Notes: generated by a model not told the origin, from the sequence alone. A stretch of 36,651 nt of DNA from an uncultured Bacteroidaceae bacterium (GCA_964403455.1 CAYOGG010000002.1:1-36651), one strand, 5' to 3'; numbered from the stretch's first letter, positions 1-8,729 are shown. Numbers and translations are program-made.

Positions 1-2
1 TG

Positions 3-740
3 GGTATAATTGGTGGTGCGGATGGTCCTACATCAATATTCACTACCATTAAATTAGCTCCACATCTTTTAGGTCCAATTGCTATTGCTGCTTATTCATA
101 TATGGCTCTCGTTCCGGTTATCATACCTATGGTTGTGAAACTTTGGTGCAGTGAGAAGGAGTTGAAGATTAATATGAAAGAGCAGGAGAAGCTTGCCGGA
201 AAACCTGTGGAGATCAAGAATATGAGATTATTAAAAATCCTATTCCCGATAGTAGTTACTACTATGGTTGCTGTTTTGGTTCCAACATCGGTTCCATTGG
301 TTGGTATGTTGATGTTCGGTAATCTTATTAAGGAGATAGGTAGTGATACATCTCGTCTGTTTGATGCTGCCAGCAATAGTATTATGAATGCTGCTACAGT
401 ATTCTTGGGACTCTGTGTCGGTGCTACAATGACGGTTGATGCTTTTCTTAACTGGACTACCTTAGGTATTTTGGCAGGTGGATTCTTGGCCTTCTGCCTT
501 TCTATCTCCGGTGGTATCTTCCTTGTAAAACTGTTTAATCTATTCAGTAAGCAGAAGATCAATCCTCTGATTGGTGCAACGGGTTTGAGTGCGGTTCCAA
601 TGGCTTCACGTGTAGCCAATGAGATTGCACTTAAGTATGATTCAAAAAACTATTTGCTGAATTACTGTATGGCAAGTAATATATCAGGTGTTATCGGATC
701 GGCTGTTGCTGCCGGTATACTGATTTCTTTCCTGTCATAG
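3..740 (+). CDS. Sodium ion-translocating decarboxylase beta subunit (OadB/MmdB/GcdB family), C-terminal part; 5' end lies outside the window
   Basis: The frame is open from the window edge (GIIGGADGPTSIFTTIKLAPHLLGPIAIAAYSYMALVP...), so the ATG at 102 in the ORF track is internal. Polytopic membrane protein. The conserved C-terminal block NPLIGATGLSAVPMASRVAN...NISGVIGSAVAAG is typical of decarboxylase beta subunits. Confidence 0.85.
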   Translation, partial: GIIGGADGPTSIFTTIKLAPHLLGPIAIAAYSYMALVPVIIPMVVKLWCSEKELKINMKEQEKLAGKPVEIKNMRLLKILFPIVVTTMVAVLVPTSVPLVGMLMFGNLIKEIGSDTSRLFDAASNSIMNAATVFLGLCVGATMTVDAFLNWTTLGILAGGFLAFCLSISGGIFLVKLFNLFSKQKINPLIGATGLSAVPMASRVANEIALKYDSKNYLLNYCMASNISGVIGSAVAAGILISFLS

Positions 741-760
741 TATTAAAGGTATTATATAGT

Positions 761-808
761 AAAAAATGAACCCCGAAAGTCCAATAAAACTTTCGGGGTT
801 CATTTTTT
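761..808. terminator. Bidirectional rho-independent terminator between convergent genes
   Basis: Perfect inverted repeat aaaaaatgaaccccgaaagt (761-780) / actttcggggttcatttttt (789-808) with an 8-nt loop. A-tract on one side and T-tract on the other. Confidence 0.85.
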
Positions 809-817
809 ACTTTCTTA

Positions 818-2185
818 TTAAAGATAATTGCCTATCATGATGGAGATTATTCCGATAGGAGCAATGTATCTGACTAATAGATAAATAGACTTCAGTACCC
901 ACTTTGGAGTATTACTTTTTCCGTTATTGCCCAGTTCTGACATATAGTCCTCCTTTTTCATGCGCCATCCGGCAAATAGTACCATTAGCAGTCCTCCGCC
1001 TGCCATAAGAACGTTTGAGGATAGCTTGTCGAAGAAATCGAATATATTGGAACCTAATATGTGCACATCTGCTAATACACCTTGTGACAAAGAGCAGAAG
1101 GTACCAAGTACTGCACATAAAAAGAAGACTATTATTACTGATGCAATTCTGCTTCTTTTCCATTCTTCCTTGACAAAAGCAACAATGGTTTCCATTAGTG
1201 AGATGGACGATGTTATGGCGGCAAGCAATAGTGATATAAAGAATAATATGGCAACCAGGCTACCAAGCGGCATCTCACGGAATACACCGGGTAAAGTGAT
1301 GAAGACCAAGCCGGGGCCGGCATTTATTTCAGGAGTGGACCCGTTCATTTGAGCTATTGCGAATACTGCCGGTATAATGGCAATCCCGGCTAATAGAGCG
1401 AAGGTGGTATCAAACAAGGCAGTATAAGATGATGCTTTAACTATGTTCTCATCGTCATTTACATATGAACCGTATGTTAACATTGTGCCACAACCAATAC
1501 TTAGTGAGAAGAATGCTTGTCCTAATGCTGCTAATATAACCTGACCATTTATTTTTGAAGCGTCTGGAACAAAGAGATATTTCAGTCCTTCTGATGATCC
1601 CGGTAAAGTAACGGAACGAATGGCTATAAGAATAATCAAAAAGAAAAGTAATGTCATCATTACTTTTGAGAACTTTTCAATTCCTTTTGATACTCCGAAT
1701 AATAGAACTATACCTGTTAAGGCAAGAAATATGTATGTAAAGGTGATAGGAGAATATGTGGAGCTGATAAACTCGGTGAATGTTTTGCTATAAACTGTAT
1801 CATTTGATATTAGTTGAAGTGTTGCCGAATCAATAAAGTATTTTACTGACCATCCTCCTACTACACAGTAGAAAGATAGTACGCATACGGCAGCACATAC
1901 GGCCAAAAAACCTATGAAATTCCATTTGTTTGAACCGGATATTCTTCCAAAGGCTCTGAATGCATTGCTATGACTTCTTCTTCCAATCAAGAATTCCGAC
2001 ATCAGTACCGGTAGACATATGAACGTCAGTAGTACCAGATATATTATGATAAATACGGCTCCGCCGTTTTGTCCGACTAAATATGGGAATCTCCACATGT
2101 TCCCAAGCCCGATAGCCGAACCGGCAAATGCCATGACTGCTCCAAATCTACTTCCGAATAGTTCTCTTTTTTCCGCCTTTATCAT
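818..2185 (-). CDS. Sodium-dependent transporter, neurotransmitter:sodium symporter (NSS/SNF) family
   Basis: N-terminal GSAIGLGNMWRFPYLVGQNGGAVF signature of the NSS family. 455 aa, highly hydrophobic with many predicted TM segments. Confidence 0.9.
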   Translation of the reverse strand: MIKAEKRELFGSRFGAVMAFAGSAIGLGNMWRFPYLVGQNGGAVFIIIYLVLLTFICLPVLMSEFLIGRRSHSNAFRAFGRISGSNKWNFIGFLAVCAAVCVLSFYCVVGGWSVKYFIDSATLQLISNDTVYSKTFTEFISSTYSPITFTYIFLALTGIVLLFGVSKGIEKFSKVMMTLLFFLIILIAIRSVTLPGSSEGLKYLFVPDASKINGQVILAALGQAFFSLSIGCGTMLTYGSYVNDDENIVKASSYTALFDTTFALLAGIAIIPAVFAIAQMNGSTPEINAGPGLVFITLPGVFREMPLGSLVAILFFISLLLAAITSSISLMETIVAFVKEEWKRSRIASVIIVFFLCAVLGTFCSLSQGVLADVHILGSNIFDFFDKLSSNVLMAGGGLLMVLFAGWRMKKEDYMSELGNNGKSNTPKWVLKSIYLLVRYIAPIGIISIMIGNYL

Positions 2186-2215
2186 AAATCAATTAATCAA
2201 TTTATTAGAATCTGA

Positions 2216-3346
2216 TTATTTATTAGGTATTTCCAATATTGCCTTATATGCCGGTTTTGGAGTTTTATCCCTATAAAATAAGAGTGGGTAGTTTGTCCTA
2301 TTCGGAATGGGGTAACCGTTCTTCCAGGACATCCCATCATGCAGTCCCCAGAAGGTAACACGGTCTATCTTGTCGCGTTTATCGTAAAAAATCTGCATTA
2401 ACTCTTTGTATCTGGCAGTCTGTTGGTTTTCAACTTCTTTGGGAAGTCCATCCTTGTATGGGTCCAAGAATGTCTCGAATTCCTCCAATTGGAATTGAGG
2501 CTCTTGTAACGATTTACCTATTATTTGACCTTCTTTTGTTAAAGGTAGTACGTCAATGTCCAATTCAGTAATCATTACTTTTACACCCAATGCAGCGAAT
2601 GTGTCAATGGCAGCCTTGACGTATTCGTTCTTTGGGAAGTTCAGCCCCCAATGTCCTTGTATTCCAACACCGTCTATTCTTATACCTTCTTTCTGTAGCA
2701 TTCTGATCATTCTGGCTATACCATCCCTTTTTGTGGGACGCCAAGCATTGAAGTCGTTATAATATAGTTCCGTACCGGGAGCATATTTTTCAGCAAACCC
2801 GAAAGCTAATTTTACAACTTCATCGCCGTTGCCGTTAAAACTGTTTACCCATGTAGTAGGTCTGTATGAACCATTGTTGTCGATGATCTCATTTACAACA
2901 TCCCATGCATCAACTTTTCCTGAGAAGTGGCCGGCTACAGTTTCAATGTAACTGCGCATTTGTTCTACCATCTCATCATGGTTTTTAGCTGTTCCATCAT
3001 TATTATTGAAGAAAAAATCAGGAGTTTGGTTATGCCAAACCAATGTATGTCCGATAATAAACATTCCATTATCTTTTCCGAACTTTATGAATTGATCCGC
3101 CGCATTGAAATTCCAAACATCAGGTCTTGGATGTAAAACCTCGGCCTTCATGTCGTTTTCGGATGTTATGGAGTTAAATTCATTTATAATGATTTTCTGT
3201 GATGCGGCATCGCGTCCGTTGACGATGGATGAGTTTACAGCACATCCTATCTTAAAGGCTTTTGAATAAGCATCTTTTAGATTCTGTCCTGTGATAGACA
3301 ATCCGAAACATGTAGTCAGGCATAAAAATACGATAACTCTATTCAT
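2216..3346 (-). CDS. Endo-1,4-beta-xylanase, glycoside hydrolase family 10, exported
   Basis: Signal peptide MNRVIVFLCLTTCFGLSITG|Q. GH10 motifs GHTLVWHNQTP, WDVVNE (acid/base Glu) and ITELDI (nucleophile Glu). Confidence 0.9.
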   Translation of the reverse strand: MNRVIVFLCLTTCFGLSITGQNLKDAYSKAFKIGCAVNSSIVNGRDAASQKIIINEFNSITSENDMKAEVLHPRPDVWNFNAADQFIKFGKDNGMFIIGHTLVWHNQTPDFFFNNNDGTAKNHDEMVEQMRSYIETVAGHFSGKVDAWDVVNEIIDNNGSYRPTTWVNSFNGNGDEVVKLAFGFAEKYAPGTELYYNDFNAWRPTKRDGIARMIRMLQKEGIRIDGVGIQGHWGLNFPKNEYVKAAIDTFAALGVKVMITELDIDVLPLTKEGQIIGKSLQEPQFQLEEFETFLDPYKDGLPKEVENQQTARYKELMQIFYDKRDKIDRVTFWGLHDGMSWKNGYPIPNRTNYPLLFYRDKTPKPAYKAILEIPNK

Positions 3347-3369
3347 ATTGGTTTAATTTGTTAGTTTTG

Positions 3370-3377
3370 CAAATATA
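3370..3377 (-). promoter_or_regulatory. Bacteroidetes -7 promoter box (TATATTTG) for the GH10/NSS unit
   Basis: The reverse complement of 3370-3377 is TATATTTG, matching the TAnnTTTG consensus. It lies 23 nt upstream of the ATG at 3346. Confidence 0.4.
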
Positions 3378-3489
3378 CGTTATTTCATCAGAATCATTTC
3401 TTTTTTATATAGATGAATATTAATTGGCCCTTAGGACTGCGACTGTAAGGAGTATGCATAGTCTTTCCGAAGGAAAGTCATAAGGTTAA

Positions 3490-3545
3490 ATCTTCACCCA
3501 CAAGAAAAGCTGTCCAAAAGGACAGCTTTTCTTGTGGGTGAAGAT
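3490..3545 (-). terminator. 26-bp perfect hairpin trailing tRNA-Tyr and overlapping its last 11 nt
   Basis: atcttcacccacaagaaaagctgtcc (3490-3515) pairs perfectly with ggacagcttttcttgtgggtgaagat (3520-3545); loop aaaa. On the minus strand it is followed by TTAACCTTA, only a weak U-tract. Confidence 0.6.
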
Positions 3546-3617
3546 GGATTCGAACCACCGAAGTCGAAAGACAGCAGATTTACAGTCTGCCCCATTTGGC
3601 CGCTCTGGAATTCACCC
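3535..3617 (-). tRNA. tRNA-Tyr: tRNA-Tyr (anticodon GTA), class II long variable arm, CCA not encoded
   Basis: The minus strand reads GGGTGAATTCCAGAGCGGCCAAATGGGGCAGACTGTAAATCTGCTGTCTTTCGACTTCGGTGGTTCGAATCCATCTTCACCCA. Acceptor stem GGGTGAA/TTCACCC, anticodon loop CTGTAAA, GGTTCGAATCC T-loop. Closely resembles bacterial tRNA-Tyr. Confidence 0.92.
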
Positions 3618-3634
3618 TTGAAACGGCAATACGC

Positions 3635-4324
3635 TTATTTTGAAGTCAAACGTATTATATAATTCTCAATATCTGTAGCTTCATTGGAAGCAGGATATTC
3701 GATTTTGATTCGATTGTACAGTTTTAAAGCTTGTTCAGGTTTCTCCATTGACTCATAAATGAGACCGGCCTGGAACAGATAATAAGGTGTGAGCAAATTA
3801 TTATCAGCTTTTTTTGCTGCTTTTAGAAAGGTTGAAGCGGCTTTGTCTGGCTGATCCATTGATGCGTAGCAATCGGCAAGAGCCCCAAGGATAGAAGGAC
3901 CGGCCATCTGATCATTACCTTTGAATTTGGACAGATATTTGACGGCTACTTCAAAGCTATCCAACTGTGCACAACACAGACCTGCATAAGCATTAGCCAA
4001 TTTTCCTGCTTTAGTATTTCCGTATTCTTTTGCAATCTGCTCGAAGCCGATATAATCTGCTGCGTCGCCTTTAAGTGCAGTTTCAAAATCTCCATTCATA
4101 AAGTAGTTCTCACCTGGGAAGAGAGCTTCAGATGCTTTTACCTCACGTGGTCCAACAATCTTTGCTTTATAGTACATACCACCCGCAATGATAACTATGA
4201 TTGCGATTAGTACACCCAACATTGTCTTCTTATTCTTTTCGAAGAACTCTTCTGAATGTGTTAGGACATCCTCAAGGTTGCCCTGCTTTTCCTGACTTGC
4301 AGGTTTTACTTCTTTCTTTGCCAT
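3635..4324 (-). CDS. Membrane-anchored tetratricopeptide-repeat protein (YfgM-like architecture)
   Basis: One TM helix (MLGVLIAIIVIIAGGMYY) followed by TPR-like helical repeats (AYAGLCCAQLD..., LFQAGLIYESMEKPEQALKLYNRI). I moved the start to the ATG at 4324, because the track start at 4360 is the TTG of the promoter box. Confidence 0.7.
   Translation of the reverse strand: MAKKEVKPASQEKQGNLEDVLTHSEEFFEKNKKTMLGVLIAIIVIIAGGMYYKAKIVGPREVKASEALFPGENYFMNGDFETALKGDAADYIGFEQIAKEYGNTKAGKLANAYAGLCCAQLDSFEVAVKYLSKFKGNDQMAGPSILGALADCYASMDQPDKAASTFLKAAKKADNNLLTPYYLFQAGLIYESMEKPEQALKLYNRIKIEYPASNEATDIENYIIRLTSK
3647..3654 (-). promoter_or_regulatory. Candidate -7 box (TACGTTTG) for tRNA-Tyr, embedded in the 3' end of the upstream CDS
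   Basis: The reverse complement of 3647-3654 is TACGTTTG (TAnnTTTG). It lies about 30 nt upstream of the mature tRNA 5' end at 3617. Confidence 0.35.
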
Positions 4325-4357
4325 ATCAGCTATAGAATATACGTTTTTTAGCGGTTG

Positions 4358-4365
4358 CAAAAATA
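4358..4365 (-). promoter_or_regulatory. -7 promoter box (TATTTTTG) for the TPR gene
   Basis: The reverse complement of 4358-4365 is TATTTTTG. It lies 33 nt upstream of the ATG at 4324. Confidence 0.45.
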
Positions 4366-4457
4366 GTCATTTTTTTATCAGTTGCCTCATTTTATAAGAA
4401 AAAATCCTCGAATAATCGGAAAAGAGGGACTAACTTCGCGAAGTAATTTTTTTAGCT

Positions 4458-5552
4458 TTGCAATTAGATCGTATTTTTATATCGGATTATAGGAATTTGC
4501 AACAAGCGGATCTTTGTTTTTCACCGAAAATGAACTGTTTTGTAGGTCATAATGGTATGGGAAAGACAAATCTGCTTGATGCCATATATTATTTATCATT
4601 CTGTAAAAGTTCTCTATGCTCTATGGACTCACAGATGATTCGTCATGGAGCTGAAGGATTTCAACTTCAGGGTTATTATTCGATGAATGATGAAATGAGT
4701 GCAATTATCAGTTGCATTACTAAATCTAAAGGGAAAAAACTGATTAAAAGAGATAGAAAGGAGTATCAGCGCTTTTCGGATCATATCGGCTATATTCCGC
4801 TGGTTTTGATTTCACCGTTGGATTATGATTTGATTTCTGGTGGAAGTGATGAAAGGAGGCGTTTTATGGATATGGTGATATCTCAATATGATAAGGATTA
4901 TCTTAATCGGCTTATTTCATATGGTAAGGCTCTTCAACAACGTAATATTCTTTTGAAGCAGGAGTCTATGCCTGATGATGAACTTTTTCTGATGTGGGAA
5001 CAGAAGATTGCTGATTGCGGTAATATTATTTATGAGAAAAGAAGAGCCTTCTTAGATAGATTGATTCCTTATTTTCAGTCTTTATATTCTGATATAGGCC
5101 ATGCATCGGAATCTGTTTCACTATATTATAACTCACACGTGAGTAGGGGCAGTCTTTTGAAGCAACTGCGTGAAGGTAGGTCACTAGACCGTGCCACCGG
5201 ATATACCCTGCATGGTGTTCATAAAGATGAACTGGAGATGATGCTTGGCGAATACCCCATTAAACGTGAAGGTTCACAGGGTCAGAACAAGAGCTATCTT
5301 ACAGCACTGAAACTGGCTCAGTATCTTATGCTTGTCGATGTCTGCGAAGGTAAAAAACCTATTCTGCTTCTTGATGATATATTTGATAAGTTGGATGCTT
5401 TGCGTGTAGAAAAGATTTTGAAACTTGTTTCTGATGATAGATTCGGACAGATTTTTATCACAGATGTGAATAGGGATCATCTGAATGGTATATTGTCAGG
5501 AATAGGTTGTGATTATAAGGTGTTTGATATTAAAGATGGAACGGTACAATGA
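4458..5552 (+). CDS. recF: DNA replication and repair protein RecF
   Basis: The N-terminus MQLDRIFISDYRNLQQADLCFSPKMNCFVGHNGMGKTNLLDAIYYL aligns from residue 1 with RecF proteins. Walker A is GHNGMGKT, plus SQGQ and LLLDD motifs. The start codon is TTG. Confidence 0.93.
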   Translation: MQLDRIFISDYRNLQQADLCFSPKMNCFVGHNGMGKTNLLDAIYYLSFCKSSLCSMDSQMIRHGAEGFQLQGYYSMNDEMSAIISCITKSKGKKLIKRDRKEYQRFSDHIGYIPLVLISPLDYDLISGGSDERRRFMDMVISQYDKDYLNRLISYGKALQQRNILLKQESMPDDELFLMWEQKIADCGNIIYEKRRAFLDRLIPYFQSLYSDIGHASESVSLYYNSHVSRGSLLKQLREGRSLDRATGYTLHGVHKDELEMMLGEYPIKREGSQGQNKSYLTALKLAQYLMLVDVCEGKKPILLLDDIFDKLDALRVEKILKLVSDDRFGQIFITDVNRDHLNGILSGIGCDYKVFDIKDGTVQ

Positions 5553-5839
5553 AAAAGACCAATACTGAGAGTATCAGGGACGTCATGTATCAATTCCTAA
5601 GAGAAAACGGTCTGGAGATGCCCTTGAATGAATTCCGTATTATTCAAGCCTGGAATGATGTGTTGGGAGATGCTATATCCCGCAATACAAAGGATTTGTG
5701 CATATATAACCAAGTCCTGTTTGTTACAATAGAATCTTCAGCTTTGAAGAATGAATTGCTTATGCGAAGGACCGGTTTAATCAAAATCCTCAATGAACGC
5801 GTTGGCGCTCAGGTTATCACCAAAATAATATTTAAATAG
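5549..5839 (+). CDS. DUF721 domain protein (DciA-like), the usual recF downstream partner
   Basis: ATGA start/stop overlap with recF. 96 aa. Conserved IIQAWNDVLG...L.V.V.SSALKNEL pattern of DUF721. Confidence 0.8.
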   Translation: MKKTNTESIRDVMYQFLRENGLEMPLNEFRIIQAWNDVLGDAISRNTKDLCIYNQVLFVTIESSALKNELLMRRTGLIKILNERVGAQVITKIIFK

Positions 5840-5844
5840 GACTA

Positions 5845-7461
5845 TTAGATAGGGCTATTTGAGAAAGATTCTATAGCTTTCTTTACCGTATTATCATCAC
5901 GGTTGATGAAACGTATATATTCTTGCATATCCAGCGCATTATAGATAATGTTTGCATAAAGAAGAATTCTTAATTGTTTAATTGCTTCGGAGGAAGTCTT
6001 ACTATCGCGTTTCACTCCATTATCCGATGCGTAGTTGATGAAATTATTAAATGCATTCTGCTTATCTAAATATGAAACGATTTCATCTGCTTTTTCGAAT
6101 TTTGAGAATTCATTTCTACGACTGTCAACATATCTGAATGCATATTTGTTAACTAAACTTTTTCTTACAATAGATGCGTAGTATTCCGAGTAGGCGATAG
6201 TATCTTGAGGTACAAAGAAGTCCGGCATGATACCTCCACCTCCATATACGGTACGTCCTCCCTTTGTCTTGAAGATTTCATTTTCATTTAGTTTGACACT
6301 ATCGGCAGAAAAGAATTCTCCGTGTTCATATCTCTTTACTATATCCATGGCGTAGTCTTCATCGCTACTGCCGTACGGTTTCTGAATGCAACGTCCGGAA
6401 GGTGTGTAGTAACGGGCTATAGTGAGTCTTATACTTGATCCGTCTGTAAACTCAATAGGTTCTTGGACAAGTCCTTTACCGAAAGAACGACGTCCTACAA
6501 CAATTCCTCTATCATTGTCCTGAATAGCTCCAGTGAATATCTCACTTGCAGAGGCTGTACTTTCATCTATCAAGATGACAAGTGGTAATTGCATATAACG
6601 TCCGCGACCATTTGCGTATTGAGCAGAATAAGGGCTATGTACACCTTGGGTATAAACAATCATTTCACCTTTGGGCAGAAACTCATTTACCATTTGAATG
6701 ACTGCGCCTAAATAACCGCCGGTATTGCCACGGAGATCTACGATAAGTTTTTTCATACCTTCCTTGCTTAGCTTAGCCAGGCCGGTCATCATCTCAGAGT
6801 ATGTGGTTTCTCCGAATTTATTGATTACTATATAACCTATCTCCTTATTCATCATATATGCTGCATCAACACTTTTAACCGGTATCTCTCCGCGTTCTAT
6901 TGTGAAGTCAATAAGGTTCTTATCACCATTCCTTAATACGCTTATCTTTACGTCCGTACCGCTTGGACCCTTTAGGTTCTTGACAACATCTTCGCTTTTG
7001 ATATGTTTTCCGGTAAAGAGAGAATCGTTGATCTTTATGATTCTATCGCCGGCCAATACTCCGACTTTCTTTGAAGGACCGCCATTTATTACACTATTGA
7101 CACGTATGGTATCTTCCTGAATTGAGAATTGAACGCCGATTCCTGAGAAACTTCCATGTAATTCATTGTTACTCTCTTGAGTCTCTTCGGCAGGATAGTA
7201 AGCAGAATGGGGATCCAACTCGCTTAGAACCATGGGTAGCACATTGTTTACTAAAGAGTCAACATTAACGGAGTCGACATAATTTTTATCTATGGCATTC
7301 AAAAGAGCGCTGACTTTATTACCTTTCCCGATAGTCCTGAGAGCATATTCTATTTGAACATTTTGTTTTTTCCATAGGTACAACATGATTTCACTGCCTA
7401 TGAATATACCAATAACAATCCATATTATTGCATATAAAACTTTTTTGAATGTTGGTTTCAT
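5845..7461 (-). CDS. S41 family carboxy-terminal processing peptidase (Ctp/Prc-like) with PDZ domain
   Basis: N-terminal TM anchor. PDZ-like GIGVQF...GGPSKKVGVLAGDRIIKIN. S41 motifs DLRGNTGGYL, SASASEIF and FGKG. Confidence 0.9.
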   Translation of the reverse strand: MKPTFKKVLYAIIWIVIGIFIGSEIMLYLWKKQNVQIEYALRTIGKGNKVSALLNAIDKNYVDSVNVDSLVNNVLPMVLSELDPHSAYYPAEETQESNNELHGSFSGIGVQFSIQEDTIRVNSVINGGPSKKVGVLAGDRIIKINDSLFTGKHIKSEDVVKNLKGPSGTDVKISVLRNGDKNLIDFTIERGEIPVKSVDAAYMMNKEIGYIVINKFGETTYSEMMTGLAKLSKEGMKKLIVDLRGNTGGYLGAVIQMVNEFLPKGEMIVYTQGVHSPYSAQYANGRGRYMQLPLVILIDESTASASEIFTGAIQDNDRGIVVGRRSFGKGLVQEPIEFTDGSSIRLTIARYYTPSGRCIQKPYGSSDEDYAMDIVKRYEHGEFFSADSVKLNENEIFKTKGGRTVYGGGGIMPDFFVPQDTIAYSEYYASIVRKSLVNKYAFRYVDSRRNEFSKFEKADEIVSYLDKQNAFNNFINYASDNGVKRDSKTSSEAIKQLRILLYANIIYNALDMQEYIRFINRDDNTVKKAIESFSNSPI

Positions 7462-7476
7462 TTGAATATTACGATA

Positions 7477-7911
7477 TTATGCATTTATATCTAAATATAC
7501 GACTTCTATTCCCGCTTTTCTCAAAAGGTCTATTCCGTCGGTCAAGCGGTATTGTTCTGTATAAACTACTCTCTTTATGCCTGATTGAATAATAAGTTTT
7601 GCACATTCGATGCACGGAGATGACGTTACATAAAGTGTCGCTCCATCGCTGCTGTTGTTGGAACGTGCCAATTTCGTTATTGCATTGGCTTCTGCATGTA
7701 GAACATATGGTTTGGATATATTGTTTTCATCCTCACATTTATTTTCGAATCCGGTAGGAGTGCCGTTATAACCATCGGATATGATCATTTTGTCTTTTAC
7801 TACCAAGGCTCCGACCTGACGTCTCTTGCAATATGAGTTTTCAGCCCAGATCAATGCCATACGTGCGTATCTTTTGTCTAAATCGGTTTGCTTATTATTA
7901 TTATTATCCAT
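7477..7911 (-). CDS. Deoxycytidylate (dCMP) deaminase, ComEB family
   Basis: Zinc-binding motifs HAEANAI and PCIECAKLI. 144 aa. Confidence 0.88.
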   Translation of the reverse strand: MDNNNNKQTDLDKRYARMALIWAENSYCKRRQVGALVVKDKMIISDGYNGTPTGFENKCEDENNISKPYVLHAEANAITKLARSNNSSDGATLYVTSSPCIECAKLIIQSGIKRVVYTEQYRLTDGIDLLRKAGIEVVYLDINA

Positions 7912-7930
7912 ATTGTCAACAATCTGTCTT

Positions 7931-8599
7931 TTAGATGTATAATTTTTCTAAGGCAGGTATTATTATTGCTTTACGCCTCAGTTCTACTTTTCCTTCTTTA
8001 TTCAATCCGTTTAATTCTCTTGATATATTGATTCTTGTCGTGTCTAATAATGTGGCAAAATCGTTCATCTTGATTTGTAAATGTTTTTCTCCTGTCGGTA
8101 TCTCCGATAGACCTTGAACGAATCTTGTCATTCGTTCCGGTAGAGAGAACTCTTTCCTGTTCCAAATGAACTTATCCAAATATTGAGCTCTACTACTCAG
8201 CATGTTTAGATGATTCATTCTACATATATTGTATTTATGGAATTCGGAATAAACATACTGTTTGTTTATTCTCAGAATACTTATATTGGAAAAGGAAGAG
8301 TAACTGCGTGCATATTTTGTCGATATGCCAAACATTGAATACGGTTCGAGTAAATATGGTGCATCAATTACTTCCTCAAATGTAAAATGACCCTCTTCAG
8401 AATATCTGGAGCTTATTATTTTACCGCTTAATAGAAATACAAAACTATTGCATTCTTCTCCTGAGGATATAATACTTGTACCTTCCTCGTATCTGCAGAA
8501 TTCCAATTTTACCTTTTGCAGTATGTTGTTGAAGTCATCCTCCGTAATTCCCCTAAAGAGGGGCAGCTGAAGGAGCGTATCGTACATAGAATAATCCAT
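7931..8599 (-). CDS. Crp/Fnr family transcriptional regulator
   Basis: cNMP-binding-like N-domain (LPLFRGITEDDFNNIL...) and C-terminal HTH (FATLLDTTRINISRELNGL). No N-terminal Cys cluster, so not an Fnr-type Fe-S sensor. Confidence 0.8.
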   Translation of the reverse strand: MDYSMYDTLLQLPLFRGITEDDFNNILQKVKLEFCRYEEGTSIISSGEECNSFVFLLSGKIISSRYSEEGHFTFEEVIDAPYLLEPYSMFGISTKYARSYSSFSNISILRINKQYVYSEFHKYNICRMNHLNMLSSRAQYLDKFIWNRKEFSLPERMTRFVQGLSEIPTGEKHLQIKMNDFATLLDTTRINISRELNGLNKEGKVELRRKAIIIPALEKLYI

Positions 8600-8617
8600 C
8601 TCTATTGTTATTTGTTA

Positions 8618-8625
8618 CAAAGTTA
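8618..8625 (-). promoter_or_regulatory. -7 promoter box (TAACTTTG) for the Crp/Fnr - dCMP deaminase - S41 peptidase unit
   Basis: The reverse complement of 8618-8625 is TAACTTTG. It lies 18 nt upstream of the ATG at 8599. The downstream genes are separated by only 19 and 15 nt. Confidence 0.4.
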
Positions 8626-8729
8626 GTTATTATGAGAATAAACGGGGTTTCAGGCTATGACTTTTTTTGTTTTTCAAAGAAGTATTTTGAGAAATATTGA
8701 TTCCTGAAGTTGAAAAATACTGATTTTAT

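Noticed and set aside
92-619. 175-aa minus-strand ORF, representative of many antisense or alternate-frame ORFs in the track (also 924-1352, 2556-3136, 10689-11096, 12002-12268, 14439-15660, 17224-18909, 20190-21567, 32858-35737)
   Set aside because: Each lies entirely inside a gene with strong family motifs on the other strand or frame. Their translations are low-complexity or hydrophobic mirror images with no recognisable motifs.
3490-3545. tRNA-Tyr 3' end copy as an integration (att) scar of a mobile element
   Set aside because: The copy is inverted, not direct, and lies immediately adjacent. No integrase or foreign-looking genes flank it.
4325-4360. N-terminal extensions proposed by the ORF track (TPR gene from 4360; also 19688-19747, 26558-26584, 28686-28703, 30213-30227)
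   Set aside because: The extended starts are TTG or GTG codons. They overlap a -7 box (4360, 19747) or the upstream gene (26584, 28703). An in-frame ATG gives a family-typical N-terminus in each case.
4453-4460. Perfect TAGCTTTG -7 box immediately at the recF start
   Set aside because: Its TTG is the recF start codon. The 24 residues downstream align with conserved RecF N-termini, so transcription cannot begin after it. I treated it as coincidental, and the real recF promoter was not identified.
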